A stretch of 64,000 bases of DNA from an uncultured Alphaproteobacteria bacterium (GTDB taxonomy: Bacteria > Pseudomonadota > Alphaproteobacteria > Rhizobiales > Hyphomicrobiaceae), in assembly GCA_963782855.1 (NCBI GenBank), contig CAWALW010000017.1, positions 9,823 to 73,822 of the forward strand, written 5' to 3'. Shown piece after piece: positions 39,312-50,124 of the stretch. Each line of letters opens with the position of its first letter. Positions within the stretch are counted from its first letter, which is position 1. Both the position numbers and the translations under genes were made by a program. The notes under the pieces were generated by a model, which worked only from the letters and a program-made list of their open reading frames with translations, searched no databases and was not told the DNA's origin.

Positions 39312-39335
39312 CGAGTTGACGTAAACGTCAACTCG
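39312..39335. promoter_or_regulatory. Perfect 11-2-11 palindrome CGAGTTGACGT-AA-ACGTCAACTCG, candidate operator upstream of fadE
   Basis: Perfect inverted repeat 65 nt upstream of ATG 39400. A 16/19 match recurs at 59868-59886. Confidence 0.55.
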
Positions 39336-39399
39336 TAATACTTTTAACCAATTGAATTAGCTTGTTAGCAAGCGATTCGCGCCCGCAGGAGACAGGTCA

Positions 39400-41903
39400 A
39401 TGGCGGAGCTGGTTTTTCTCATCGTTTGTGTCGCAGGAGCCTTTCTCCTGGCGATGCGGCGTGCGCCCCTGTGGGGCTGGACGGTCGCGCTGGCGGCAGC
39501 GCTCGTCGTTTGGCAGTCGGGACTGCTGTGGGGGGAGGCTGGTGCTCTCGAACCCGGTTTCTTCGGCGTGATCGGCTGGCTTCTCGTTGCCGCGCTCGCC
39601 CTCTTGTCCGTACCGGCGATCCGGCGGGCCACGCTCGTTGCGCCCCTGTTCAAGACGGTCAAGGGCATTCTGCCGAAAGTCTCGGCAACCGAGCAGGCCG
39701 CACTCGATGCGGGCACCATCGGCTTTGACGCCGAGCTGTTCTCCGGGCACGCCCGATTGGGACAAGCTGCGAGCGGTGCCGCCGATTACCCTGACCGCGG
39801 AAGAGCAGGCCTTTATCGACGGCCCGACCAACGAACTCTGCCGCATGGTCAACGATTGGACCATTCGCTTCAGCAACAAGGAGGTTCCCGCCGAGATCTG
39901 GGACTTCGTGAAGCGGAACGGTTTCCTCGGCATGCTCATCTCCAAGGAGCATGGCGGTCTCGGGTTCTCGCCGCAGGCGCAATCGATCATCCTCGGCCGA
40001 ATTGCCTCGCGCTCGCCGGATGTCTGCACCCTGGTCATGGTGCCCAACTCGCTCGGACCCGGCGAACTGATCGAGAAGTACGGCACGCCCGAGCAGAAGG
40101 ACCACTACCTGCCGCGTCTCGCGCAGGGCCTCGAAGTTCCCTGCTTCGGCCTGACCGGTCCAACGTCAGGCTCCGATGCCGCCACCATGCGCGACGTCGG
40201 CTACGTCACCAAGGGCTGGCACGAGGGCAAGGAAGTCGATCGGCTTCCGCGCCTCCTGGGAGAAGCGCTACATCACGCTGGCGCCGCAAGCGACGCTGGT
40301 CGGCCTCGCCGTCCGCCTCATCGATACGCAGAACCTGCTCGGTCGTGGCGAGGATCTCGGCATCACCGTTGCGCTGATCCCTGCTGACCATCCCGGTGTC
40401 GAGATCGGCCGCCGGCATTTGCCCAGCGGCTCGGCCTTCCCCAACGGACCCATCTGGGGCCGTGACGTGTTCATACCGATCGAATGGGTGATCGGCGGCG
40501 AGAAGATGGTCGGCCAGGGCTGGCGCATGCTGATGGAGTGCCTCGCTGCAGGCCGCTCCATCTCGCTGCCCTCCTCGGCTGCTGCCGGCGCCAAGTCCCT
40601 CTTGCGCAACACCAGCGCCTACGCCCGCGTGCGCAAGCAGTTCGATCTGCCGATCGGCAAGATGGAGGGGCTCGAAGAACCGCTCGCGCGCATGATCGAG
40701 AACGCCTACGTCAACGAGGCCGCGCGCGGTGTGACGGCCTCCATGGTGAGCCGCGGCGAGAAGCCCTCGGTCATCTCGGCGATCATGAAATACCAGACGA
40801 CGGAGCGCATGCGCCGCTCACTCAACGACGCCATGGATCTGCATGGCGGCCGCGGCGTGTGCGATGGGCCAACGAACTATCTGCAGGCCGCCTACCAGGC
40901 CATGCCGGTCGCCATCACGGTGGAAGGCGCCAATATCCTCACGCGCTCGCTGATCACGTTCGCGCAGGGCGCCTTGCGGTCGCACCCCTATCTCTACAAG
41001 GAGATCCAGGCCTGCCAGGATATCGACGAGGAACGGGGCCTCGCCGCGTTCGACCGGGCCTTCAGCGGCCACATGGCCTTCACGATGTCGAACCTGTTCG
41101 GCGCGCTGTTCCACAACCTGACGTTCGGCTATTTCGGCCACGTGCCGGAAAAGGCCTATGGCACGGCGGAATGGTACCGTCAGCTCTGGCGCTCCTCGCG
41201 CAACTTCGCCTTCGTAGCGGACGTGTCCGTCGCCGTTCTCGGCGGCGGTCTCAAGACCAGGCAGAAGGTGACCGGCCGTCTCGCCGACGCGCTCTCCGAG
41301 CTTTACCTCCTGTCCTGCGTGCTCAAGCGCTATGAGGACGACGGCAAGCCCGCCAACGATCGGCATATCGTGGAGCTGGCCGCCCGCAATGGCCTGTTCC
41401 GCTTCCAGGAAGCATTGCGCGGCAGCGTCGACAACTTCCCCTCCACTCCGGTGCGGTGGCTGATGCGGGCGGTCGTGTATCCGTTGGGCCTGCACTACAA
41501 ACCGGCCCCCGACCGGCTCGGCCACATCTGCGTCGGCTTGGTGCTGACACCGGGCGAGGTTCGCGATCGTCTGACGCGCTACGTCTACGTTTCGCAGGAC
41601 CCCAAGGACCCGACGGGCCTGCTCGAACTCGCGTTTACGAAGGCCGTGGCGGCGGAAGGGGCTGAGAAGAAGCTCGATCGTGCGGTGCGCAGCGGCCAGG
41701 TCCGGCGCGTGCACGGCACCGACTGGATCGGCGACGCCGCGAAGCTCGGCATCCTGTCCGACGATGAGGCGCGCCTGCTGCGCGAGGTGGAAAGCCTCAC
41801 AGCGCGCGTCATCGCCGTCGATCATTTCGACCCGGCGGAAGTGCGGCCGAACTACATGACGCCGGGGCACAATGCGCGGGCGATGCAGAGCGCGGCGGAG
41901 TGA
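39400..41903 (+). pseudogene. fadE: Large FadE-type acyl-CoA dehydrogenase (N-terminal membrane region plus ACAD plus DUF1974-like tail)
   Basis: N-terminal TMs. FLGMLISKEHGGLGFS, CFGLTGPTSGSDA, MECLAAGRSISLP, AMDLHGGRG, VAITVEGANILTRSLITFAQG. Two frameshifts, near 39745 and 40240. Confidence 0.8.
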
Positions 41904-41926
41904 ACTGCGAGTAGAGGTGCGGTGAC

Positions 41927-43949
41927 ATGGTTGACATGAACGCTTTGCGCGACTGGCGCTTTTCGGTGGACCGGCAAGGCATCGCCTGGGCCGTCTTCGA
42001 TCGCGAGGGCGAAAGCCAGAACTCGCTCAGCCGCCGCGCGCTCGAGGAACTCGGCGCGATCGTGGAGCGCACCGAGCAGGGTGCGCGCGACCGCTCCATC
42101 CGCGGCCTCGTGTTCATCTCCGGCAAGGAGAAGGGCTTCATCGTCGGCGCCGACGTGCGCGAGTTCGAGCAGCTCCCGAATGAGCGCGAGGTCGTCGACA
42201 GCGTCACGCTGGTCAACGCCTACCTCGACCGCATCGAGCGCATGCCGGTCCCGGTCGTGTGCGCCATCCACGGCTTCTGCCTCGGCGGCGGGCTGGAGCT
42301 GGCGCTCGCCTGCCACTGGCGCATTGCCACGCGCGACGAGGGCACGCGCCTCGGCTTCCCCGAGGTGAAGCTCGGCATCTTCCCGGGCTTCAACGGCACG
42401 GTGCGCTCCATCCGCCAGGCTGGCGCGCTCGCTGCGATGCCGATGATGCTTGCCGGCTCCATGATCCGCGCCTCGGCCGCGCGCGGCATGGGCCTCGTCG
42501 ACGAACTGGTGCCGAGCCGGGCCAAGCTGGCCTGGGCCGCGCGCGCCGCCGTCGAGAGGAAGCGCAAGTCGAAGCCGGCCGCGCTGTGGAAGGATTTGGT
42601 GCGCCAGTGGCCCATCCGCGGCCTGTTTGCCAACAAGCTGCGCACCGAGACCGCCAAGAAGGTGCGCGAGGATCACTATCCCGCGCCGTTCCGCCTGATC
42701 GACCTGTTCGAGACGCACGCGGCGAACCTCGACGGCATGAAGGTCGCGGAAAGTCGCGCCTTTGCACCCCTGATGGTGAGCGACACATCGCGCAACCTGC
42801 GCCGCGTGTTCAAGCTGATGGAAATGCTGAAGGCCCAGGCGCCGAAGGACCTCGCCTTCAAGCCGCTGCGCGTGCACGTCATCGGCGCCGGCGTGATGGG
42901 CGCCGACATCGCCGGTTGGTGCGTCGCCTCTGGCATGGAAGTGTCGCTGCAGGACCTCAACGCCGAGCAGATCGCCAAGGGCATCGCCGCGCAGAAGAAG
43001 CTGTTCGCGCGCAAGTTCAAGACCAAGCCGCTGCGCGACGCGGCCATGGCGCGCCTGATCGCCGATCAGGCCGGAGCCAACATCCATCGCGCCGACGTGG
43101 TCATTGAGGCCATCGTCGAGCGGCTCGAGGTCAAGCAGAACCTGTTCAAGTCGATCGAAGGCAAGCTCAAGCCGGGCGCGGTGATGGCGACCAATACGTC
43201 CTCGATCGTGATCGAGGACATCGCCCAGCCGCTCGCCGACCCGGGCCGCCTGATCGGCATCCACTTCTTCAATCCCGTCGCGCAGATGCCGCTGGTGGAG
43301 GTGATCCGCGGCATCAGGCACCCGCGAGGAAGAGGTGCAGAAGGGCTGCGCCTTCGTCACGGCCATCGACAAGTTCCCGCTGATCGTCAAGAGCAGCCCC
43401 GGCTTCCTCGTCAACCGCGTGCTCGGCCCCTACATGATGGCGGCCCTGCAGCGCGTCGAGCGCGGCGAGGCCAAGGAGAAGATCGACGAGGCCGCGCGCA
43501 CCTTCGGCATGCCGATGGGGCCTGTTGAACTCGCCGACACCGTCGGCCTCGACGTCTGCGCCAGCGTCGGCAACATCCTGAAGATGGCACCCACCGGCGG
43601 CTCGAAGCTCGACCAGATGGTCGCCGCCGGCAAGCTCGGCAAGAAGTCCGGCGAAGGCTTCTACGTGTGGAAGGACGGCAAGCCGCAGAAGGCCAAGCCC
43701 GAGACGCCCTGGGACAAGGGCGAGTTGGAGCGGCTCGGCCGCGAGCTCGTCGACCCGCTGATCCGCGAATGCGAGCGCGTGCGCGACGAGCGCATCGTCG
43801 ACAGCGCCGATCTCGTGGACGCCGGCGTGATCTTCGGCACCGGCTTCGCGCCGTTCCGCGGCGGGCCGTTGCACTTCCTCGCCAACGAGCACAGGCAACT
43901 CGAAACAAACTCGAACGTCGAGGTGCTGCGCCGCCCGGCGGCCGAGTAG
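41927..43949 (+). pseudogene. Fatty-acid oxidation multifunctional protein (enoyl-CoA hydratase / 3-hydroxyacyl-CoA dehydrogenase, FadJ/FadB type)
   Basis: Crotonase part FISGKEKGFIVGADV...GFCLGGGLELALAC. HAD part VHVIGAGVMGADIA...NTSS...GIHFFNPV. After a shift near 43320: SPGFLVNRVL...GMPMGPVEL. Confidence 0.85.
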
Positions 43950-43980
43950 TTTCCCGACGCATCGGGATCTGGAGACCCAA

Positions 43981-45285
43981 ATGGATCAGACACTCAGGCG
44001 CGTTGCAGTCATCGGCGGCGTGCGCATCCCCTTCTGCCGCTCCAACACGCTCTACGCCGACAAGTCCAACCTCGAGATGCTGACGGCCGTGTTGAACGGC
44101 CTGGTCGACAAGTACAAGCTCGCCGGCGTGCATATCGACGAGGCCGCCGGTGGCGCGGTGGTCACGCATTCGCGCGACTGGAACCTGGCGCGCGAGGCGG
44201 TGCTCGGCACCAAGCTCGCGCCGACGACGCCCGGCATCACCATGCAGCAGGCCTGCGGCACGAGCCTGCAGGCAGCCATGGGCATCGCTGCGAAGATCGC
44301 CATCGGCCAGATCGACAGCGGCATCGCCATGGGCTCCGACACCACGTCGGATGCGCCCATCGTCTTCAAGGAGAAGTTCGCCCATCGCCTGGTGCAGGCG
44401 CAGCAGGCGAGGTCCGCCCTCGACAGGCTGAAGGCGTTCAAGGGCTTCTCGCCCGCCGAGCTGGCGCCGCAGCCGCCGTCCGTCAGCGAGCCGCGCACGG
44501 GCCTGTCCATGGGCCAGCACGCCGAGCTGATGGCGCAGGAGTGGAAGGTCACCCGCGCCGAGCAGGACGAGCTTGCCTTCCAGAGCCACAAGAAGGCCGC
44601 GGAAGCCTATCGCTCCGGCTATATGGACGATCTCATCGTGCCGTTCGCCGGCGTGTTCCGCGACAACAACCTGCGCGAGGACATCAGCCTCGACAAGATC
44701 GCCACACTCAAGACGGCGTTCGACAAGTCCGAGCGCGGCACGCTGACGGCGGCCAACTCCACGCCCCTGACGGACGGCGCCGCCTGCGTGCTCCTCGCAT
44801 CCGAGGAATGGGCGACCAAGCGCGGGCTGCCCGTGCAGGCCTATCTCACCTACTCGCAGACCTCGGCCAATAACTTCATCGAGGGCGAGGGCCTGCTGAT
44901 GGCACCCACCGTCGCCATCTCGCGCATGCTGGATCGCGCCGGCCTGAAGCTGCAGGACTTCGACTACTACGAGATCCATGAAGCCTTCGCCGCGCAGGTG
45001 CTGGCGACGCTGAAGGCGCTGGAAGACCCCGTCTACTGCAAGCAGTTCCTCGGTCGCGACGCAGCGATGGGCTCCATCGATCGCGCCAAGCTCAACGTGA
45101 AGGGTTCGAGCCTCGCTTTCGGCCATCCGTTCGCGGCCACGGGCGCACGCATCGTCGCCAATCTCGCCAAGCTGCTCTCAGAGCACGGCGGTCGCGGGCT
45201 CATCTCGGTCTGCACGGCCGGCGGTATGGGCGTGGCGGCGATCCTGGAGAGCGCCAAGGCCGCCGAGATGCGCGTCGCGGCCTAG
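43981..45285 (+). CDS. Acetyl-CoA C-acyltransferase (FadI/FadA-type thiolase)
   Basis: Intact 434-aa ORF with QQACGTSLQAA (active-site Cys), NVKGSSLAFGHPFAATGAR and CTAGGMGVAAIL. Confidence 0.88.
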   Translation: MDQTLRRVAVIGGVRIPFCRSNTLYADKSNLEMLTAVLNGLVDKYKLAGVHIDEAAGGAVVTHSRDWNLAREAVLGTKLAPTTPGITMQQACGTSLQAAMGIAAKIAIGQIDSGIAMGSDTTSDAPIVFKEKFAHRLVQAQQARSALDRLKAFKGFSPAELAPQPPSVSEPRTGLSMGQHAELMAQEWKVTRAEQDELAFQSHKKAAEAYRSGYMDDLIVPFAGVFRDNNLREDISLDKIATLKTAFDKSERGTLTAANSTPLTDGAACVLLASEEWATKRGLPVQAYLTYSQTSANNFIEGEGLLMAPTVAISRMLDRAGLKLQDFDYYEIHEAFAAQVLATLKALEDPVYCKQFLGRDAAMGSIDRAKLNVKGSSLAFGHPFAATGARIVANLAKLLSEHGGRGLISVCTAGGMGVAAILESAKAAEMRVAA

Positions 45286-46062
45286 TTGCCGTCGGCTATC
45301 TCGACAACGAGGCCCGGATTGAATTCCCGGTCTTCCTTGATGCCGACATAGCCGCGCGGGTTCGCCAGCACGCGGCAGCCGTCCTGCACATAGTCGGCAG
45401 GTGAATGCATGTGCCCGTGCACCCACAGGGTCGCACGGCCAATCAGATCGCCCAGGTCGCTGGCAAAGGCCGCGGTCAGCAGATCGTCGCGGTAGCGCTC
45501 GTGCACGCTTCCCGGACTTGGCGCGTGATGCGTCACGACCACCTTCGGTGCAGCAGCGGCCTTGCCGAGCTCCGCGCCAAGCCAGGCGCGCGAGGCCTCG
45601 TGCTCTTCCAGCGCGTCCTGCGGGGTCCACACGCCTCCGTCCATTGGTGATCAGCCGATGATCGTTGAGGCGCTGTCCGGCCAGGTACATGGCGCGCGCT
45701 TGCTCGCGCACGCCGGCATACTTGTAGTCGGTCCACAGCGTGCAGCCGAGAAACGTCACCCCGCCAATCTCGACGGCGTCACGCTCCAGCAGGTGAATGT
45801 TGGGAAACTTGGCAGCCTCGGCCCGGCCCGACGCCAACTCGGCATGCCGGTCGAAGCCGTAGAATTCATGGTTGCCGGCCACGAGCACCACGGGCTTGGC
45901 GTTGAGCTTCTCGCCCGCGATGAACCACACCGCCTCATCGAGGCCGTGGCAGATGTCGCCCGCGATCACCACGACATCGTGCTCGGGACGCGGGTCCGGC
46001 AATGCCAGCGGATGGCGCCGGTTGATATCGACGTGCAGGTCGGACAAGACCCAGAGCTTCAC
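45282..46062 (-). pseudogene. Metallophosphoesterase (calcineurin-like)
   Basis: MKLWVLSDLHVD, VVIAGDICHG and VAGNHEFY motifs. The C-terminal VVTHHAP...WVHGHMH is in a second frame (shift near 45645). Confidence 0.75.
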
Positions 46063-46081
46063 CGCAATGGCCCTGCCGTGC

Positions 46082-46534
46082 TCAGTCGCTCTCGGGACGC
46101 CGGCTCTTCTTGGCCAGATGCTCGAGGCATTGCGTGCGGATCTCCCGCAGGTCTTTTATTGTGCGGTCGAGATCGGCGCGTTTCGCCTGCAGGTCCTCGA
46201 TTGCCGCATCCACGCCGGCCAGCAGCATCTGCGTCTGCGCCATTTGCGTCGGATCGGTGTCGTAGAGCTTGAGGTAGGCGGCGATATCCTCCAGCGAGAA
46301 GCCGAGGTTCTTGCCCCGCAGGATCAGCTTCAGCCGCGCCCGGTCGCGCCGGGAATAGGCGCGCGCAACGCCGCGGCGCGCCGGCGCGATCAGTCCCTTC
46401 AACTCGTAGAAGCGTATGGTCCGGGTCGTCACGCCGAACTCGGCCGCCAGCTCGCCGATGGTGAAGAGCCGATCGGCGTCGTCCGGCGCGGACGGCGGAC
46501 GCTTCGTGCGTTCCGGTTGCAGGATGGATGTCAT
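46082..46534 (-). CDS. MerR-family transcriptional regulator
   Basis: FTIGELAAEFGVTTRTIRFYELKGLI HTH plus a coiled-coil. Its ATG overlaps the fadD stop (ATGA). Confidence 0.85.
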   Translation of the reverse strand: MTSILQPERTKRPPSAPDDADRLFTIGELAAEFGVTTRTIRFYELKGLIAPARRGVARAYSRRDRARLKLILRGKNLGFSLEDIAAYLKLYDTDPTQMAQTQMLLAGVDAAIEDLQAKRADLDRTIKDLREIRTQCLEHLAKKSRRPESD

Positions 46535-48288
46535 GCCTTCCGCCGCGCCGCTTCTTCGGCCTTCAGTTCCTTCTTCGAGAGCTTGCCGATCATGGTCTTC
46601 GGCAGCTCCGCACGGAATTCGATTTCCTTCGGCATCTCGATCTTCGACAGCTTGCTCTCCAGGTGCTTGAGGATGTCGGCTTCCGTGGCCGTCATGCCGG
46701 CCTTCAACTTGATGAAGGCCTTCGGGGCCTCGCCGCGGTACTCGTCCTTGATGCCGATGACCGTCACCTCCTCGACCGCTGGATGCTCGTAGACGGCCTC
46801 CTCGATGCGGCGCGGGTACACATTATAGCCCGAGCAGATGATGAGGTCCTTGATGCGATCGACGATGAAGATGAATCCCTCCGCATCCATGATCCCGACA
46901 TCGCCCGTGCGCAGGAAGTCGCCCACGAATTGGTTGGCGGTCTCCTCAGGCCGCTTCCAGTAGCCCTTCATCACCTGGGGGCCCTTGACGCAAATCTCGC
47001 CCTTTTCGCCCAGCGGCACCTCCTTCGCCGGATCGGCAAGGTCCCGCAGCGAAACGATGGTGCCGGGCAGCGGCTGGCCGATGGAGCCCGCTTTCACCGG
47101 CCCTTCCACGGGATTGCAGGTCACGCTGGGGCTGGCCTCGGAGAGGCCGTAGCCCTCTACAACCTTGCAGCCCGTCAGCCGCTCGAATTTCTCCTTCACC
47201 TCGACCGGGAGCGCCGCGCCCCCCGAGACGCAATACTTGAGCGAGGAGAGGTCGAAGGTCGCCAGCTTGGGGTGGTTGAGCATGGCGTTGAACATGGTCG
47301 GCACGCCCGGCATCACCGTGGGCTTGGCCTTGTCGATGAGCTTCATGGCGTCGTCGAGCACGAAGCGGGGCATGATCACGAGCTCGGCGCCTTCCTGCAG
47401 CGCGACGTTCATGACGGCCGTCATCGCGAACACGTGAAAGAACGGCAGGGCCGCCAGCGTGCGCTCCTCCCCCTCCTTGAGGTTGGTCGCCCACGCGGCG
47501 CCCTGCTGGCAATTGATCGAGATGTTCGCATGCGTGAGCATGGCCCCTTTCGGCGTTCCCGTGGTGCCGCCCGTGTATTGCAGCACGGCGACATCTTCAT
47601 CGGGGTCGATCACGGGTGCCCTGAAGGTCGCCGGGTCCGCAGGCACGTCGGCGTCCAGGACAATGTTGGCTGCTGCGGACGATTGCGTCGGGTGGGCCAG
47701 TTCCTTGCCCCGGAACAGCCTGAAGAGGACGGATTTGGCGGCCGGCAGCAGTGCGGGAAACGATGCCACGATCGCCCGCTTCAGCGTCCCGGCCGCCATG
47801 AGCCCCTCGACCTTGTCGAAGAGGACGCGCAGATCGAGCGTCACCATCAGCTCCGTGTCGCTGTCTGCGACCTGGAACTTGAGTTCATCGAGGGTGTAGA
47901 GGGGGTTATAGTTGACGATGGTGCCGCCGGCCTTAAGGGTGGCGAAGTAGTAGATAATGAACGTTGGACAGTTCGGCATGAAGAGGCCGACTTTGGTGCC
48001 CCGCTTCACGCCAAGCCGCTGGAGGCCCGCAGCCGTCCGGTCGACCAGGCGGCCGATCTCCCCGTAAGTCAGCTTCTTGCCAAGGAAATTGGTGCACGTG
48101 CGGTCCCGATGGCGGGTCACCGAGGCGGCCAGGAGGTTCGCCATGGCGACCGGCTCGAAATCCTGGTCCCATTGCACGCCTGGCGGATAGTGCCGCACCC
48201 AGGGATAGCGCCCCGCTGCGGTGGCTTCCGCAACTGCTGTCACATCCGTCTCCTTTTTGCCCCGGGGAGAGGCCACCTGCCCGCTCAC
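46531..48288 (-). CDS. Long-chain fatty-acid--CoA ligase (AMP-binding, FadD-like)
   Basis: Intact 585-aa ORF with LQYTGGTTGTPKGAMLTHAN (AMP-binding signature), EGYGLSEASP, FLRTGDVG and PKTMIGKLSKKEL. Confidence 0.88.
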   Translation of the reverse strand: MSGQVASPRGKKETDVTAVAEATAAGRYPWVRHYPPGVQWDQDFEPVAMANLLAASVTRHRDRTCTNFLGKKLTYGEIGRLVDRTAAGLQRLGVKRGTKVGLFMPNCPTFIIYYFATLKAGGTIVNYNPLYTLDELKFQVADSDTELMVTLDLRVLFDKVEGLMAAGTLKRAIVASFPALLPAAKSVLFRLFRGKELAHPTQSSAAANIVLDADVPADPATFRAPVIDPDEDVAVLQYTGGTTGTPKGAMLTHANISINCQQGAAWATNLKEGEERTLAALPFFHVFAMTAVMNVALQEGAELVIMPRFVLDDAMKLIDKAKPTVMPGVPTMFNAMLNHPKLATFDLSSLKYCVSGGAALPVEVKEKFERLTGCKVVEGYGLSEASPSVTCNPVEGPVKAGSIGQPLPGTIVSLRDLADPAKEVPLGEKGEICVKGPQVMKGYWKRPEETANQFVGDFLRTGDVGIMDAEGFIFIVDRIKDLIICSGYNVYPRRIEEAVYEHPAVEEVTVIGIKDEYRGEAPKAFIKLKAGMTATEADILKHLESKLSKIEMPKEIEFRAELPKTMIGKLSKKELKAEEAARRKA

Positions 48289-48536
48289 GGGAGGGCGATC
48301 CCGGCCCTCGCATTCAACACGCTTTTCCCGGAACTTGCCACCGCCAGGAGGGCCTCCGAATGAGCGCGAATACGCCAGATTTGCGCTCTACGGCCGCACT
48401 TTGCATCGGCTAGACTATTCGGGCTTTTGTGTATATGTGGACCCGAGCAAACCTTCCGGGCGCGCCTGGACTGGTCACAATCGTTAACCGACAGGGTCCC
48501 AGACATGCCCGCTTCCGGGCAGGGTGGGAGAGCGAG

Positions 48537-48806
48537 ATGGACGAAGTAGCCACCAAGATTGTCGACATCCTCAAAAAGCATATGAAAGAGCCCCGGGACG
48601 ATATCGGGCTCAGTACGGCTCTGACGGATCTGAAAATCGAGTCTCTCGACCTTGCTATGATCGTCTTCGACATTGAGGACAGCTTCGGTATCGAGATTCC
48701 CTACAACGCCAACGAAGAAGCGTCCGACTTCAAGACCGTAGGGTCGGTGGTCGATCGCGTTCGCGCCCTCATGACAGCCCCGGGAGCCGCCGCGGCCAAG
48801 GCGTGA
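48537..48806 (+). CDS. Dedicated acyl carrier protein (NodF-like size and architecture)
   Basis: 89-aa ORF after SD GGGAGAG. The phosphopantetheine site context is LKIESLDLAMIVFDIEDSFGIEIP. Confidence 0.7.
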   Translation: MDEVATKIVDILKKHMKEPRDDIGLSTALTDLKIESLDLAMIVFDIEDSFGIEIPYNANEEASDFKTVGSVVDRVRALMTAPGAAAAKA

Positions 48807-48867
48807 CGGGCAGCGGGTGGCCTTTCCTCGCGCCGGCTGGCGCACTGACCAAGAGAACATGAGTTAG

Positions 48868-50112
48868 ATGACGGTTTCTGGCGGACCGCGCCGCGTGGTC
48901 GTTACGGGTATGGGCGTGGTTACGCCCATCGGCACAACGGTGGCGGAGTTCTGGGCCGGGTGCCGCCGTGGCCAGGTCGGAGTGGGGGAGCTGGCAGGCT
49001 TTGACGTTCAGGATCTCAAGATCCTGATAGCCGCCCAGATCAAGGACTTTGATCCCAAGGTGCGCCTCAAGCATTTCAGGCGCGACAAGATCATCATGCA
49101 CGCCGATCGGTATTCCTGGTTCGCGGCAGCCGCCGCAGATGAAGCCGTAGCCATGGCGGGCCTCGCGGTTCCTTTCCAGGATCCTTACCGGGTGGCGTGC
49201 ATCATAGGGTCCGGTGGGGCTGGCCTGGTGGCCGTCGAAGCCGCCTATCACGACCTATTCGTCAAGAACAAGCGCGCAACCCATCCCTTGACGCTGCTGC
49301 GCATCATCGGCTCGTCCGGCGCGGCTCACGTCGGCATCGAGTATGGTGTCAAGGGGCCGACGTTTGCTACCTGCAGTGCCTGCTCGACGGCGGCGCACGC
49401 TATAGGGGTCGGCCGCGACTACATTCGACACGGCCTGGTCGATACTGCCATTGTCGGCGCTTCCGAGGGCGTGATCAGTTACGGCACGATGCGGGCCTGG
49501 CAGGCGATGCACGTTCTGTCGCCTCAGGGCATCTTTCCTTTTGCCAAGAAGCGCAATGGCACCGTTCTTGGCGAGGGCGCGGGCATCCTGGTGTTGGAGT
49601 CGCTCGAGCATGCCAAGGCGCGTGGCGCCACGATACTGGCGGAGCTCTCGGGATTTGGCATGACTTCCGACAGCAAGGATATGGTCAATCCCGACATCGA
49701 GGGGCCCAAGGAGGCGATGCGGTTGGCGCTGGAAGACGCTCGACTGGCGCCCTCGGACATCGACTATCTCAACGCCCATGGCACGGCGACGACCATCAAC
49801 GACGTGAATGAGACGCGGGCCATCAAGGCCGTGTTCGGCGACCACGCCAACAAACTGGCTATCTCCTCGACCAAGTCGATGCACGGCCACCCGCTGGGCG
49901 CGGGCGGCGGCATCGAGGCGATCGCGTGCATCAAGGCCATGCAAGAGGGCTGGGTGCCTCCGACCGCCGGCCTCGACGAGGCTGACCCCGAGTGTGACCT
50001 CGACTACGTGCCGAACGTGGGCCGCGACAAGACGGTCACCTACGCCATGTCGAACTCGTTCGCCTTCGGCGGGCTTAACGCGGTGCTCGTCTTCGGCCCT
50101 CCGCCGGCCTGA
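48868..50112 (+). CDS. Beta-ketoacyl-ACP synthase (KAS I/II, FabF/NodE-like)
   Basis: Intact 414-aa ORF with [13 protein letters not shown], active-site Cys context [36 protein letters not shown] and [13 protein letters not shown]. Confidence 0.85.
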   Translation: MTVSGGPRRVVVTGMGVVTPIGTTVAEFWAGCRRGQVGVGELAGFDVQDLKILIAAQIKDFDPKVRLKHFRRDKIIMHADRYSWFAAAAADEAVAMAGLAVPFQDPYRVACIIGSGGAGLVAVEAAYHDLFVKNKRATHPLTLLRIIGSSGAAHVGIEYGVKGPTFATCSACSTAAHAIGVGRDYIRHGLVDTAIVGASEGVISYGTMRAWQAMHVLSPQGIFPFAKKRNGTVLGEGAGILVLESLEHAKARGATILAELSGFGMTSDSKDMVNPDIEGPKEAMRLALEDARLAPSDIDYLNAHGTATTINDVNETRAIKAVFGDHANKLAISSTKSMHGHPLGAGGGIEAIACIKAMQEGWVPPTAGLDEADPECDLDYVPNVGRDKTVTYAMSNSFAFGGLNAVLVFGPPPA

Positions 50113-50124
50113 TCGCGGGCGCGG

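Noticed and set aside
48360-48385. Imperfect inverted repeat GCGCGAAT-N7-ATTTGCGC in the fadD/ACP divergent spacer as a MerR operator
   Set aside because: It has one mismatch and a short GC-rich stem. I could not identify -35 and -10 hexamers with a 19-20 bp spacing around it.
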